Shown: positions 48,647 to 63,440 of the stretch, in pieces
Layout: each line of letters begins with the position of its first letter
Position numbering within the stretch: position 1 is the stretch's first letter
Origin: Saprolegnia diclina VS20
Taxonomy: Eukaryota
DNA: 64,000 nt
Assembly: GCF_000281045.1 (NCBI RefSeq)
Contig: NW_008246084.1
Span: 137,538 to 201,537, forward strand
Direction of reading: 5' to 3'
Position numbers and translations under genes: made by a program
The notes under the pieces: generated by a model
Told to the model about the DNA's origin: nothing
The model's database searches: none
Seen by the model: only the letters and a program-made list of their open reading frames with translations

Positions 48647-50301
48647 ATGGCTCCGGCGGGCAGCGCGGTGCTGGCGCTCGTGCCATCGACAATTCCGTCG
48701 ACCAAGCCGGGCGCGCCCTCCATGGACCTCTTCCCGACGACGTGCGCCATCTGCCTCGATGCGATCCAAGGGCCAATGCTGCGCAAGCTGTGCTCCGAGA
48801 CGTGCATGGGCATGGTCTGCGCCGCATGCTTCCAGCGGTACATTGAGGTTCACATCGCGTCGATTCTCCACGGCGTCGTCTCGACGCTCAAATGCCCGAT
48901 CTGCATCGTGCCAATGAACCTCTTCCGCGTGCTCGACAGCGTCGGCGAGGACGCCGTCGGATCGATCCGCGACTCGGTCGAAGCGTCGTGCGAGATTCGG
49001 TGCCCGATCTGCGACGATACCTACGTGCTTTTGCCCGACGTACACAGCGAGACGATCGAGCACTTGGCCACGATCGCGTCCGAGCAACAGCTCGTGGCGC
49101 TCTTCCCGAGTACGTTGCAGCCGTTCGTTCTGCCGTTGGTGGCCTATTGCAGCTACCGCCTCTCGGCGCCGGCCTTTTTCGCCGTCGTGCAAGCACAAGA
49201 TGCGATGCCCCTCGACGTGCTGCTGTCCGCGCTTCTCGCACGCATCTTTGACCCACAGCGGCGCGCCTGCCTCTTCCTCGCGTGGCGACAGAAGGACCCG
49301 TTCACCGTCACGTCGTGCTGCCACCACCCCGTGTGCTTTCTGTGCAAGACTGCGGGGCATCACAAGGGCATCTCGTGTCGCAAGAACGCGGCCAAGACCG
49401 TCGACATGGCGCAATGCCCGCAATGCTTTTTGTACCTGGTCAAGGGCGACGGCTGCGACTCGATGCTCTGCTTTTGCGGTACCTCGTTCAACTGGCTCGA
49501 CGAAGTCGATGCGCTGCGCCGTCGCACACTTCTTACACCTCCAATCATCGCCAGCTTTCGGCGCGTTCTCACCTTCTTGCTTGGCTGCGTGCACCGCCGG
49601 CGCATGCGCTGCCTCGTGCTGCCGCAGCTGACGGCTTGCGTTCTCGCAACCAAGGTCGCTCGCATCCAGCACCGTCTCGCGCAGCCAGCGACGTGGCCGG
49701 TACGCCAGAAACTACTGCAGTACGTCTACCGCCGACGCTACAGCCGCAGCGTGCTCGGCCGCCTCCCCGCGCTCGTCAATGGCTGGCGCCAAGAGCACTT
49801 GCGCCGCCTCTTTTCGTCGACGATTGTACCGTCCATCCTTCATACCATAGCTTCCGCCCGGCACGAACGCATCCGCGCGGTCTTGCGCACATCGCGGCTG
49901 CTTCAGCGCACCTTGAAGCGTCTTCTATCAGCATTTCGCAGAGTTTGCTTTATGCGGGCGCTACAGCCCGTGCTCGAGCAAGTGCCGGCTGCTGTCGCGG
50001 CCAAGCGGCGAGCACAGCTGAGTGCGGCGTTGCCGCGCTGGGGCCCTTTCAAGGCACTGGTGCTGCGCTGTGTGTACCGCCGACGCTACCGCGTCCTCGT
50101 AGCGGCGATGCCGGTTCACGTGTTGCAGTGGCGCGTGACGCATCTCTGCAAAACCAACGGCCTTGCGCGCGCACTCGCGTGGATTGAGCTACCAAAGCGT
50201 CGTCCGCGCCGGTCCCGGCGCAAGCAGCCCAAGGGCATCCCGTACGTGCTCGAGATGCTCAGAGCCCGCCTCCAGACGCAAGTAGGGCTAGGGCACAAGG
50301 T
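48647..50301 (+). CDS. RBR (RING-IBR-RING) E3 ubiquitin ligase-like protein, 3' end in gap
   Basis: RING1 CAICLD...C..C.GMVCAAC...CPIC; IBR-like CPIC...SCC..VCFLCK..HH.G.SC; RING2 QCPQC...KGDGCDSMLCFCGTSFNW. Confidence 0.8.
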
Positions 50302-50778
50302 NNNNNNNNNNNNNNNNNNNNNNNNNNNNNNNNNNNNNNNNNNNNNNNNNNNNNNNNNNNNNNNNNNNNNNNNNNNNNNNNNNNNNNNNNNNNNNNNNNN
50401 NNNNNNNNNNNNNNNNNNNNNNNNNNNNNNNNNNNNNNNNNNNNNNNNNNNNNNNNNNNNNNNNNNNNNNNNNNNNNNNNNNNNNNNNNNNNNNNNNNNN
50501 NNNNNNNNNNNNNNNNNNNNNNNNNNNNNNNNNNNNNNNNNNNNNNNNNNNNNNNNNNNNNNNNNNNNNNNNNNNNNNNNNNNNNNNNNNNNNNNNNNNN
50601 NNNNNNNNNNNNNNNNNNNNNNNNNNNNNNNNNNNNNNNNNNNNNNNNNNNNNNNNNNNNNNNNNNNNNNNNNNNNNNNNNNNNNNNNNNNNNNNNNNNN
50701 NNNNNNNNNNNNNNNNNNNNNNNNNNNNNNNNNNNNNNNNNNNNNNNNNNNNNNNNNNNNNNNNNNNNNNNNNNNNNN
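50302..50778. other. Assembly gap (N run)
   Basis: Run of n characters. Confidence 1.
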
Positions 50779-52986
<2,208 letters not shown>

Positions 52987-54018
52987 CGACGGGGCAAATG
53001 CAAAATGGCGGAAGAGCAAGATCAGATGCTGGAAGAACAGGTGCCAAAGTATGGAAGAGGTTCGTAAACCGAGGGAGTCTCGAAAATGCAATGAAAAGGT
53101 CGCAAGTGCAATGACGTCGTCATCATCTTATTCGCTCGTGCCGGCAGAAGGCCAGGGTGCGTCGCCCGCGCGCAATGGTTGCATGCTTGCAGCCGGCGCT
53201 CGAACGGACGCGGTGGCATCGACATCGAAGGCCGTGTGCAGGAAACTTGACATGAGGTTTCCTTGAAGCACCCGCTTTTGTCGGAGGTTTTTCGAAATAC
53301 CCCCGGTTGTGTCATTTGTCGGTCGCGGAGTGTGCGCCAGAGCAATCACGGTGCACAGTAGTACATAGATGGGCTGCAGGAAACCAACGAGCCCCACTGA
53401 ACAAGCCCATTCAACGAGGCTTGAGCCGCCAGGTCCATGCGACGACCGCCGCGTCGCACGAAGGAGGGACACGGTCGTACGATTTTTGCGACATCGCATC
53501 TGAGTACGACGAGTACTTACAGGTCCATCACCTACGGGCACGGTGCGAGCTGTTGCCACGCGGGACTTTCGGAGCAAATCGCGAGTTCTGGTCAGCACAG
53601 GCGGCAGTGGTTGATGCTACTACGGTACTGCAATTGAAGAGGATCGGTGTACGAACGCAGCTTGTTCTGCCACAGCAAAGAAAAATGCGCTCGAGATACC
53701 CGAAGCACTATGCGAGGCGAGTGGAGCTCTTGTGCCCATGTTTAAGGAGTCTGGAAGCACGTGCACTGACTGCTCCTACAATTGTACGGTTGTGATGAAG
53801 CGTCATGTACCCAGGATCCATGACGCACCAAGTCCGAGGTTGCCGCTCCCTCGAATCTTCTGGTCGCGTGAATCTCCAACTTCAAGTTACACCGGCTCTA
53901 CGCCCTGCGCTTGCCACGTCATTTCGCCCGCCACCCACGCCATGTATTCTTTCCCAACCCGTTTCAAACAAAAGTGGTGTCTATGTTGTGGAGTCTAAGT
54001 GTATTCAAAGAAGCGTCC

Positions 54019-56129
54019 TCACTCGAACGCGATTTGCATCTCGTCCATGCTGTCGGCCTGAAGAAGACTCACTTTGACTTCGTCGCTAGGAATGGGCGCT
54101 GGGGCAGTCACCGGATGGATTTGAGCCGTGTGCTTGGGCGACGCAAAGCGCTTCGACCGCACGCGGGGGGTCGACGTGGCCTTGACAAGACGCGGGTGCA
54201 AGCTCACATTCGGGTGCAGCATGTGCTGAAAGTCGACGTGGGTGATCTGCAAGCAGAGAATCTTCCCACACCGACTAGGCACGACCGCGGTAAAGTCCGG
54301 GACGTGTGTGTTGGCCGGCACGACAAGGCTCTCGGCACCGAGGACCGACCAGACGTCCATTTCAATCGCCAGCCCTACACTTGCCTGTCAGTTTATTACC
54401 CAAGAGCAGAAAAGGCACTGGCGCGCACCGTGGCGTCCGGTTGTGACCTTGACGCAACCCTCCATCACAACAACGCAGTGATTTGCGACCTGCGACGGCG
54501 AGTACATGCGGACACCGAGGGCCGTCTCGCGGCCATATTCGACGAGGCGGCACTTCATCAAGAGACTGCTCACATCGTCCATGGTCAGTGCGTCGCCTAC
54601 CACACTTGAATCTGGCGCCGTCCACAACGCAGATTTCAGATTCACCGCCAGATTTCCGCAGCTGAAAGACTGGTTGGTTGGCCACGAGGTGGGTTGCCAA
54701 GTCCTTGGCTTCCTCCACCGTCAAGTACATGTCATCGTCGTCGTCGTCATCGAGAACGTCGTCGGATGAGCCGACGCGCAGTCGACGGATCGCGGAAGGA
54801 TCGACGTCGCGGCACGCCATGGTCTTGTTGCGCCCGTCTACAAATATGGAAAAAATTGTCTTTTTGTCTGTTGACAGCCTTTGATACCGCTGACATCGCC
54901 TTCGCTGCGAAACGTATCTTGCAAAATCTCCTCAATCACGTCTTCCAGCGAGACGACGCCGACAGCTTCCAGGAACGGGTCGCCGTCGCCCGCATTGTTG
55001 ACATCTTGCACCAAGGCGAGGCGCGAATGGCCCATCTTGAAGGCCTTGAGAAGGTCCCCGAGGTTCGTATCGGGCCAGACGCGGTGAATACCACGGCCGA
55101 AAATATGAACAAAGTGCAGCGCCGAAATCGGCTCCTAGTATTCGTGTACACATATGTCATTGGATAGAGAAAGCATACATTCGGGTCGACAAACACGAGG
55201 TCCTTGATGAACAGCAGCCCAAGCACGTCGTTGCGCGAGCGGCCGTAGACTGGCACGCGGCTAAACCCCTTGGCGTAAATGTCCCGCAGCGTACTTCGGT
55301 CGAGGAGCGCTGTCGATGGCAGCATGTACACATCATTAATGCGCGTCAAGATCGCGCTCACGGGTTGGCTCTTGTAGTGCAGCGCGCCGTACATGATCCA
55401 GCTTTCATCGTCGTCAATCAAGTCGCGCTTGACGTGAATGTCGAGCATCTTCCAGAGCTACACGGTCGACGCTCGTCAAGAGCGATGACGGAACGGACCC
55501 ACCTCTCGCTTGGTGAAGAGCGTGCCGACTTCTTGACCGAGAAGCGCGTCCAAGACGGCGCTCACGGGCTTGGCCAGAACGTAGAAGAGCGCAATGATCA
55601 GTTTAACGAACGGCACCGACTTGGCACCGATGGCTACGAAAGGACCCGTCATTTTCACTTGGAATTAGAATCGCAAGTGTACCGAGCGCGTGGCGGGAGC
55701 ACGCAGCTTGCGGAATGACTTCGCCAACGAGGACGATGAGCGCTGTCGACACAAGAAAGCCAAGAAGACCTACCCCACCCGCCTGATTACAAAAGAAACG
55801 TGAGCGTAAGTACCGCTCGTGAGGTCGGCGAGAAGGATCGAGAGCAGCGAGTTGACGGCCACGTTGCCAAGCAGAAGGGTCGTGAGAAGAAGGTTGCCGT
55901 TCTTTCGGATCGGTGCAATCTTGCGCGCGGCGGCGGCATGGCGCTTCTCTGTTGGCGTCGCACCCTCGTCTTCGCCCGCGCCAATGACGACTTCGAGCCC
56001 AATCTTGTCGAGCGACATGAGCCCGAGCGTGAGGCCCGAAAAGACCGCCGAGAGCGCCACGAGTGCCGTGATCCCGAAGCCCCGAACGACCCAGTCGCTC
56101 ATCGAGAGCGACGCCTCGGTCGTGCTCAT
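54019..56129 (-). CDS. CNNM/DUF21 transporter, paralog 3 (multi-exon)
   Basis: FSGLTLGLMSLDKIGL, LLLTTLLLGNVAVNS, VGEVIPQA, GFSRVPVY, IKDL and GVVSLEDVIEEILQ; cNMP-like C-terminus. Confidence 0.9.
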
Positions 56130-56391
56130 GGCGATAAGCTTTTTATGGACCCTTGATCACGCTCACGCAGGCGACAGAAATAGCGCCACCCAAAATAATA
56201 TCGGAAAATACGTGGCACGCTCGGAGCGCACAAAAATACGTGGCACTCTCAGAGCGCATAACAGCCTCTGGGCAATCCAAGACCTGCCTGGGTACTTGCC
56301 GCCACGGAACGACATATCAACGACATCGAAGGAAAGTACTTGTATTCAACCCGCTGCGATTGCAGGTCTGTAGTAGGATGGTAGGATGAAC

Positions 56392-58465
56392 TTAGTTCAT
56401 AAAGGGATAGTCGACCGACGCGTAGGTAAACTGCTGGAGGCCGATGTACGGGCTGTTGGCGGCGTGGCATGACCACAGATGCGGGTTGGTACCAGACGCG
56501 CTACCCATGTCTAGGCAAAAGCCAGAGAATTTGACGTGGCGCAGTTGCTGCGTCGCGCTGTCGTACGTCCACTTCTGATTGGTGTTGCTCTGGCTGCACG
56601 AATAGAGGTGAACCGCCCCGCCGTTCCAGCCCTGGTACGCATCGAGGCAGAGACCGGTCGTGCTCAGCGCGACCGTCTGGTGCACGTTATCGACGATCCA
56701 GTGCTGGTTGGTGCTATCAGCAAACGCGACGGTGCCAGCATCGGCGTTGCCCGCGAGCACGCGCTGCTTGTTGGCGATCGTGACGCGCTCGGTCGGGAGA
56801 CCAATCCACTGGTTGGCGTTGAGGTTGTTGAGCGCGTGGCACTGCCAGACCTGCACTCCGTGCGACGCGTCATTCGGGTCGACGTCGACGCACAGATTCG
56901 GGTGCGTTGCATGCACGAGTCGGTGGTTTTGGGCGTCGATCTTCCATTTCTGATTGCCATTCGACGCGTCGCAGCTCCACGTATGAAGCGCATAGCCCGC
57001 CGCTTTGGACACATCAGGGTAGGCGTCGAGGCAGGCGTTGCCGCTGAGCGACTTGAGGAGATACGTCGTCGCGTCATACTCGAAGCGCTCGTTGAGGTTG
57101 TGCCGGGGCGTGTTGGCGTACAGCATGCCGTTCCACTCGGAAATCGCGAGGCCGCGGGACGTGTAGAGCTGCAGCGTCGGGCGACCGTCGTTGCGAACGT
57201 TCGAGTAGATCGACGTCGGGTACGTAATGGTGTTTTGCGCGCTGTCCATGTTGCCAGCGCCGAGGTTCGAGACGACCGCCGAGACGAGCGACCGCGCGGA
57301 GCCCGCGTCCGCGTCACCGGATGCGTCCCAGAACATGGCGCCGGCGAGCTTGTACTTTTGAACGTACTGCATTTTGGCAGCAATCGTAGCCGGGCCGTCG
57401 TACCTACATTTCGATGTCAGACAACTTGTCCATCCTTGGCGAGATGGATGCTTACGTGATCAACATCTTGGTCGACGGGTTGTACGAGTACGTAGCCATC
57501 GTCGTCGTGTCGACTTGCTCGGTCGTGCCGGCCAGCGGAAGACTCTTATAGCGCCACGAGCCAGCGGCGCCGTTGTCACCGACGGTCGGCGTCGCAAACG
57601 ACTGGTAGAGTCCGGGCGTGTTCTCAAACGACGTGCCGTAGAGCGGAAGACCCATGACGAGCTTGGTGCCAGGACAACCTTTCTGGAGATAGTACTGAAC
57701 CGCAGCATCTACCGAGAGCTTCATGTCGCCCGGCGCCTTGGCGTCCGTATACAAGTTGGCCGAGTACCCGGACACGCGGCTCCACGACCCGGAAAAGTCA
57801 TACCTACAGTCGATTTTAGTGCACACATCGCATCGAGTGTAGTACGTCATGAGGTTGATGGCGTCGACGATGGTGCAGAGCGTTGCGAGGTGCGGCCCCA
57901 AATCATTGTCAAAGCCGGGCGCCGCAAACGTAAGCTCGGCGCGGAAGGACAGCTGGTTGAGCGCCGCCTTGAGTTCGCGCATGAGCGTGGTAAAGTTGGC
58001 CGTGTCGGTGGCGCCCGTCGGGTACTCCCAGTCCAAGTCGACGCCGTCGAGGCCGAGGTTGACGAGCACATCGAGAACGTTGGCGATAAAGGTGGCGCGG
58101 AGCGAGGGCGACGCGGCAATGCCGGGGAAGGCGTCGCCGTTGCCCCAGCCGCCGATCGAGAGCGACACTTTGGTCTGGCGGTTCGCCCGCTTGAAGGCGA
58201 TGAGCTGGCCAAAGTTGCCTTGAAGCGACGTCGGATCACCGACGGCCGAGCCAAACGCCGCCGACGCGTTGGTGAAGCGGAGGCTGCCGTCGGCTTCGGG
58301 CAGCGCGAACGCGTAGTTGATGTGCGTGAGCCGGCTGCCGTCGAGCGCGTTGACGTTGTAGTTGAACATCTCGGGCGCCCACTCGGTAAAGTACGCGACG
58401 TTGCGGTACGACGCGGCGGCGGCGGGCGCCAGGAGTAGCGACGCGACGGCGGCGGCGATGTGCAT
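56392..58465 (-). CDS. Secreted GH18 chitinase with two C-terminal ricin-B (CBM13-like) lectin domains (2 introns)
   Basis: Signal peptide; YFTEW, LTHINYAF, SIGGW, catalytic DGVDLDWEYP, NLMT/YDF, MGLPLYG and GAMFWD; QxW-type repeats (NQKW, NQW, NQHW, NQKW) with CLDA motifs. Confidence 0.93.
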
Positions 58466-59171
58466 GCAGGGCAACGGAAAAGGCAATCTGGCTAAGGAGC
58501 TTCACAACCGCACCACCTGGTCCGTGTGTTACACCGATCATTTGGCGCTTCGTTTGGCCACCAGGTACCGGTAATGCTGCGCCTCGAAATTGTTGATCGA
58601 TATTGGCGCAATAACGTTGCCCTGTATTCGTCACCGCAAGTAGAAGCTCGGTATCGCGCGGTTGGAGCTGGGCTGGGAAAGCGACACCTCGTTGCCTTGG
58701 TACGACGCTCGGTGGGTGCTAGTGTCATGTGGAGAGAGCAGCCAGCTGGTGCCTGTGGTAGGCTGGCAACGATCCGGTTCATTTGGATCCGGCTGATGAT
58801 AGAGAGGCCAAGGGCGAGACTCATCAGAAGAGAGTGAGTGGTCAGTGATGCCTCCACTTCCACTAACGTTACGTAAGCTTTCGACCGGACGTTGCGACTT
58901 GCTGCATGGATGTACCAGTGCTGCGCGGTTTGTGAGGATCCTCGCTGGATTAGATCCGTGGTATCATGCGTGTGTATCACTCGTCGTCACTGCTCGAGGT
59001 CGCGAGGTCTCAACCCTGAGATCGCAAACTCAACGAGCAAATAGCGGAGCCAGTGCAAGAATGATGCGACCGACCGGAAAGCTTCGGAGCACTTGCTTGG
59101 AAGTCCTGGACAGGCGCCACAAAAAGATCGCAAAGGGACCAATCACATTGTCGCATTTGGGAACCGTTGCG

Positions 59172-60805
59172 ATGCAGCACCGACCATGCCAGAGGCACAG
59201 CCATGCCAGCGGTGGTCGCCGCCGGAGCGAGACGGTACGTGATGCAACGCGTGTGCTCTGCGGCAGCGGCCAGCGCGGCTGCGGCGACGGCAAGGCCACC
59301 GTCGCCACCTTCAACACGCCCATCGCTCTCGGTTGCTTGATTGATGGCACCCTCGTCGTCTCCGACTGCCAAGTACTACGCTACGCTCTGTCACCACCTT
59401 ATTCTCTCGTATTCGTAGAGCAACACGCTGCGGTTCGCGGCGCATGACGACAAGGGCGGGTTCCGCGTCCACGCCCTGCGCAACTCGTCCTTCCTGGCGC
59501 CGCGCGGCCTGGGACTCGACGCCACGCTCTTGTACGTCTGCGATACCGGCCACCACATGATCAAGGTTGGTCTCCTTCCCGACGCATTCCTGGAGGACAT
59601 GGACTTTGGCGTCTTTGCGGGTTCGGGGCGGAAAGGGCTTGTCGATGGTCTCGCGGCGAGTAGCGCATTCCACCACCCGTCGAGTCTTGTCGTGCTGGCG
59701 GACCATAGCGTTCTTGTCGCTGACACGGGCAACCATTGCATTCGGTCGATCCACCGGACGCACGGGCAGTGGTGTGTGCGTACGATCGCGGGCGGCGCGC
59801 GCGCGCTTGGTCCCAACCCAGTGGTGGGGCGGCGGTCGTCGGCGTCGTCCAACACCCCACTGCCCGGCTACGCGGATGGCGTTGGGCCCACGGCCCTCTT
59901 TCGCGGCCCCAGTGGTCTCGCGCTCGGGCCTCTCGGTGAAGTCTTTGTTGCCGATACGTTCAACCACTGCGTCCGCGTCTTGACGTGGTCTGAAGACGCT
60001 GGCGCGTGGATTGTCGAGACACTGGCGGGGCAGCCCAAGAGCGGCCATATCAACGGCGCGTGCGACAGCGCCCTCTTCAACCAACCCGTGGGTCTCTGCG
60101 TCGCGCCGGACGAGTCGATCTTTGTCGCCGACAAGGGCAACAACTGCCTGCGTCAACTCGGCGGCGTCGTTCGAAGCCACGACCGGTGCTACTACAGCTG
60201 GGTGCGCACCGTGACGATCGAGAGCTTTGCGCCGAGCCAAGTGTTTTCCAAAGGCGTCGAGCCGCCCTTTCTCTTGCCCAAAGGCGTGTGCACGCTCCAA
60301 GGACGGTATGCGAAACCAGATCAAGTGCTTCTTGGCGTGTGCGATTCGGGCAACCATTTGGTTCGTCTCGTGTCCGTGCCCAGCATCGCGCGTCCCGACG
60401 TTGCAAGCAGCGTCGATGCCGACGGTCGAGAGGAGGATCTGGACGATGACAACAACAACAACAACAGCATGGACGAGGAAGACACGTACGTGACGAGTGG
60501 TCCAAGCTCTACGAGATGCTGATGCTTTTTCAGCGAGGAGCCGACAGCTGAAACCGTACCCAAGCACGAGTTGGACGCGGTAGCTTTTGAACGACGGCGT
60601 GGACACATCGTTTTCATGGCTGCGATAGTTGCAGCGAGAAATCGAGCAGCTTCGCGCTGACAATGCCACGTATCGTCAACTGCTCGAAGTCGCCGTCGCC
60701 AAGGTATTCCTACTAACCTTGCGTCCAACGGCTGAGATTTTTGGCATTCGATAGATGCACGAGTTGAGCTCATTGCTCGAAGCCCGCTCGGATAGCACCA
60801 ACTAA
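59172..60805 (+). CDS. NHL-repeat beta-propeller protein with C-terminal coiled coil (multi-exon)
   Basis: Repeated G..DG....A.F..P..l....dg.vlVAD.GNHCIR units. The putative last exons read LQREIEQLRADNATYRQLLE / HELSSLLEARSDSTN*. Both ends are uncertain. Confidence 0.8.
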
Positions 60806-60862
60806 GTTTAACCGATAACTAGTTTGTTTTCAGAGTATTAGATTATTTATTGTCGCACAGTC

Positions 60863-61955
60863 TTACGCCTGCGCGACCAAGAACGCTGCCTTGGCCTTCT
60901 CGAGGATCGCAATGCCGGCTGCCGACTCTTCGGGGTGCACGAGCCGCGCCGCACCGTGCTGGATCGTGTCGGCGAGGCCAATGTAGTAGGCGCTGTAGTT
61001 GCCCGGCTCGCTCACGACGCGCTCGTCCGGCTGGCCGGGACGCTTAAGGACGCCGTAGTGCGCCTCTGGTTCGTGGCCCCAGCTGTCGCCGTCGGTCAAG
61101 GGCGTCCGCCCCGCACGCAGCGCGGTCTCTTGCCCGTCCTCGCCATACTTGATGAACGAGCCATTCGCGCCGCGGATCGTATACTTGGGCGTCGGGTTCT
61201 CGACGAGCATACCCGCCGTGAGCACGACGAGCAAGCCCGGGTATTGACACTCGAGGCGGAAGTAGTCGTCGTTGCTGCAGCCTTCGCGCTGGCTCTGGAC
61301 GTCAGCTAACCATATATTCAAGACATGAGCTCCATGGTCGACACTTAGCGAGATGCGTACACGAAATACTCGTCGGTGGGCCAAAGAGCGTCAGCATTTG
61401 GTCGACGAGATGCGCACCGAGGTCGTAGAGAAGGCCGCCGCCACCGACGTCCGCGCTCTCCTTCCAGTTACCCTTGAGCGACGGGCGGAAGCGGTCAAAG
61501 TGGGCCTCAAAGTGCGAGAGGTCCCCGAGCGTCTTGCTCTCGAGCAGCTTGCGCACCGTGAGAAAGTCCGAGTCCCACCGGCGGTTCTGGAAGACGGTCA
61601 GGACAACGCTGTTGGCGCGGGCCGTCTCGATGAGGACGCTCGCTTCGGCCGATGTGACGCACATGGGCTTGTCGACAACCACGTGCTTCTTAGCCTCGAG
61701 CGCAATCTTGGCCTGTTCAAAGTGCAAGTTTGTCGGCGTCGCAATCACGACCACGTCGATCGGCGCCGCGACGAGGTCGGCCATCGAGCGCACGATGGTC
61801 GCCGACGGCAGCGCGTCGCGGCTGAGCGATTTGGAGCGTTCCATGACGTGCGTGATCTCAAAGCGGCCGCTCGAGAGCAGCAGCGGCATGTGGAAGAACT
61901 GGGCGGCGGTGCCAAAACCCACAAGGCCGGCGCGAAGCTTGGTCGACGAGGTCAT
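60863..61955 (-). CDS. Gfo/Idh/MocA oxidoreductase (YdgJ / scyllo-inositol dehydrogenase-like), one intron
   Basis: Rossmann GLVGFGTAAQFFH, ATPTNLH, KHVVVDKPM, VFQNRRWDSDF, GGLLYDLGAHLVDQ and GSFIKYGEDGQE. Confidence 0.92.
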
Positions 61956-62582
61956 CTTGAAGCAAATCTGAAAATGAACTTGGTTGCGGACCGGCCAAAA
62001 GCCGGAATTTTCCCGGTGGCACAAGCCATGTGTGCGACACAGCACCGATCTTTACCGTGGCGCGTACCAGAGCTCGGAAGGTGGACGCCGACCGGCGCCA
62101 AGCAGCGACGATCGTGTACCTTGGAAAGAGAGAGATGCTCGCACACTTTATAAATCTGGAGTACAGAGAGCTAGTACCAGAGTATCAGTAGTATCGCTTG
62201 ACGGCAGCACCCACTGCCGACATAAGGGCCAGATGGTGACCATCATTCAAGGTAGAAATCCAGCGTTTAGTAGTCGATGCTGCTTCAACGTAGTGGTGCC
62301 AAAGGGGCAATGATTTCGACTGCAATGACGTGCTTGGTCCGAGCTTCTGCTTGGAGCGGGCAAGTTCTGTCGTGCACGGTCGGCAGCCACCCGACGCGTG
62401 GCGGCGCCGCAGTCCAGCAAGAACGACAGCCCAGGACCACAGTAATGTACCTGCGCAAACAGTGCCAACGACTGGATTTACCCAACTTTCAACAATGTAC
62501 TCTCAAACCTCAAATTAATCGCGTGTAATCGCTTGCTTGGATTTGAATGGAAACTGTACTAATTATGTTACGTGTACTCTAC

Positions 62583-63440
62583 CTATAGAAGGCCTAACTC
62601 ATGAGCTCTCGCCAGCAACCCGCGCAGCAAGGTCTCTTCGTACTCGAGCGCCACGTCCCGTCGCCCCGGAGGACAAGGTGCGAGGACCAAGTATGGCTCG
62701 TGAACCATCGGCTGCCCCGTCTCGATCGCTGTGATGGCGCGGACCAGCGTATCGATCGCTGCAACGCGCTCGTCTGGTGTCCAGAGCAGCGGCGGCGCGT
62801 GCAGGAAGTTGCCTGTCCGAGGAATGCGGTGCAGACTAGGAGCTTGCTGAAGAATCGCTTGCTGCATGAGCGCCATTGGCGACTTGCTTTCGGAGCTCTG
62901 TGCGTCGGTGTCAGCTTGGGCGGCGGCTGAATCAGCCACAAGTGTTGGCGCCAATGTCATCGAGGTGCTTGGAATGCTGTCTGTTGCGTCGTCGAGGGTC
63001 TTCGTCGTAGGTTCGGTGGCTTGTTGGAGACGTGCAATGGTGGCGTGTTGCTCGTCAATGGTCCGCTGGGCCACAGCGAGCTTCGTCGTGAGCTCTGTGA
63101 TCCGGGCTTGTGCAATCTCGAGTGGCGTTGCAGCCTTCGGAACAGGCGCAGTCGAGCGCACTGGCACTGGCGTTGTGGTAGCAGCGGCGGCTGCCTTCTT
63201 GCGATGGTCGACCACCGGCTTGGTCGCCTTGGCCACCAGCTTGGTTGCGGGCCGGACCACAGGTGTCTTCTTGGGCTGCGGCTTGGGGCTCGACACCAGC
63301 TTGGCCGCTGTGCGTGCTTCCTTGGCCTTGCGGCGCTGCTCGGTGGCGTAGAGAGCGGGGTAGGTCTCGCGGAAGAGCTGTTCTTCGCGCGCGCGGCGCT
63401 TGGCCTCCTTGTCTTGGATGTACTGGCTGTTGTAGAGCAT
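62583..63440 (-). CDS. Hypothetical protein (basic N-terminus, coiled coil)
   Basis: A long open frame with coding-like composition (KEAKRRAREEQLFRE..., LEIAQARITELTTKL). No family was recognised and the start is uncertain. Confidence 0.6.
   Translation of the reverse strand: MLYNSQYIQDKEAKRRAREEQLFRETYPALYATEQRRKAKEARTAAKLVSSPKPQPKKTPVVRPATKLVAKATKPVVDHRKKAAAAATTTPVPVRSTAPVPKAATPLEIAQARITELTTKLAVAQRTIDEQHATIARLQQATEPTTKTLDDATDSIPSTSMTLAPTLVADSAAAQADTDAQSSESKSPMALMQQAILQQAPSLHRIPRTGNFLHAPPLLWTPDERVAAIDTLVRAITAIETGQPMVHEPYLVLAPCPPGRRDVALEYEETLLRGLLARAHELGLL

Noticed and set aside
53100..54000. ORFs between CNNM paralogs 2 and 3 (e.g. 53307-53795)
   Set aside because: They have no recognisable homology and weak coding signal. 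They could be a decayed sequence, but this cannot be supported.
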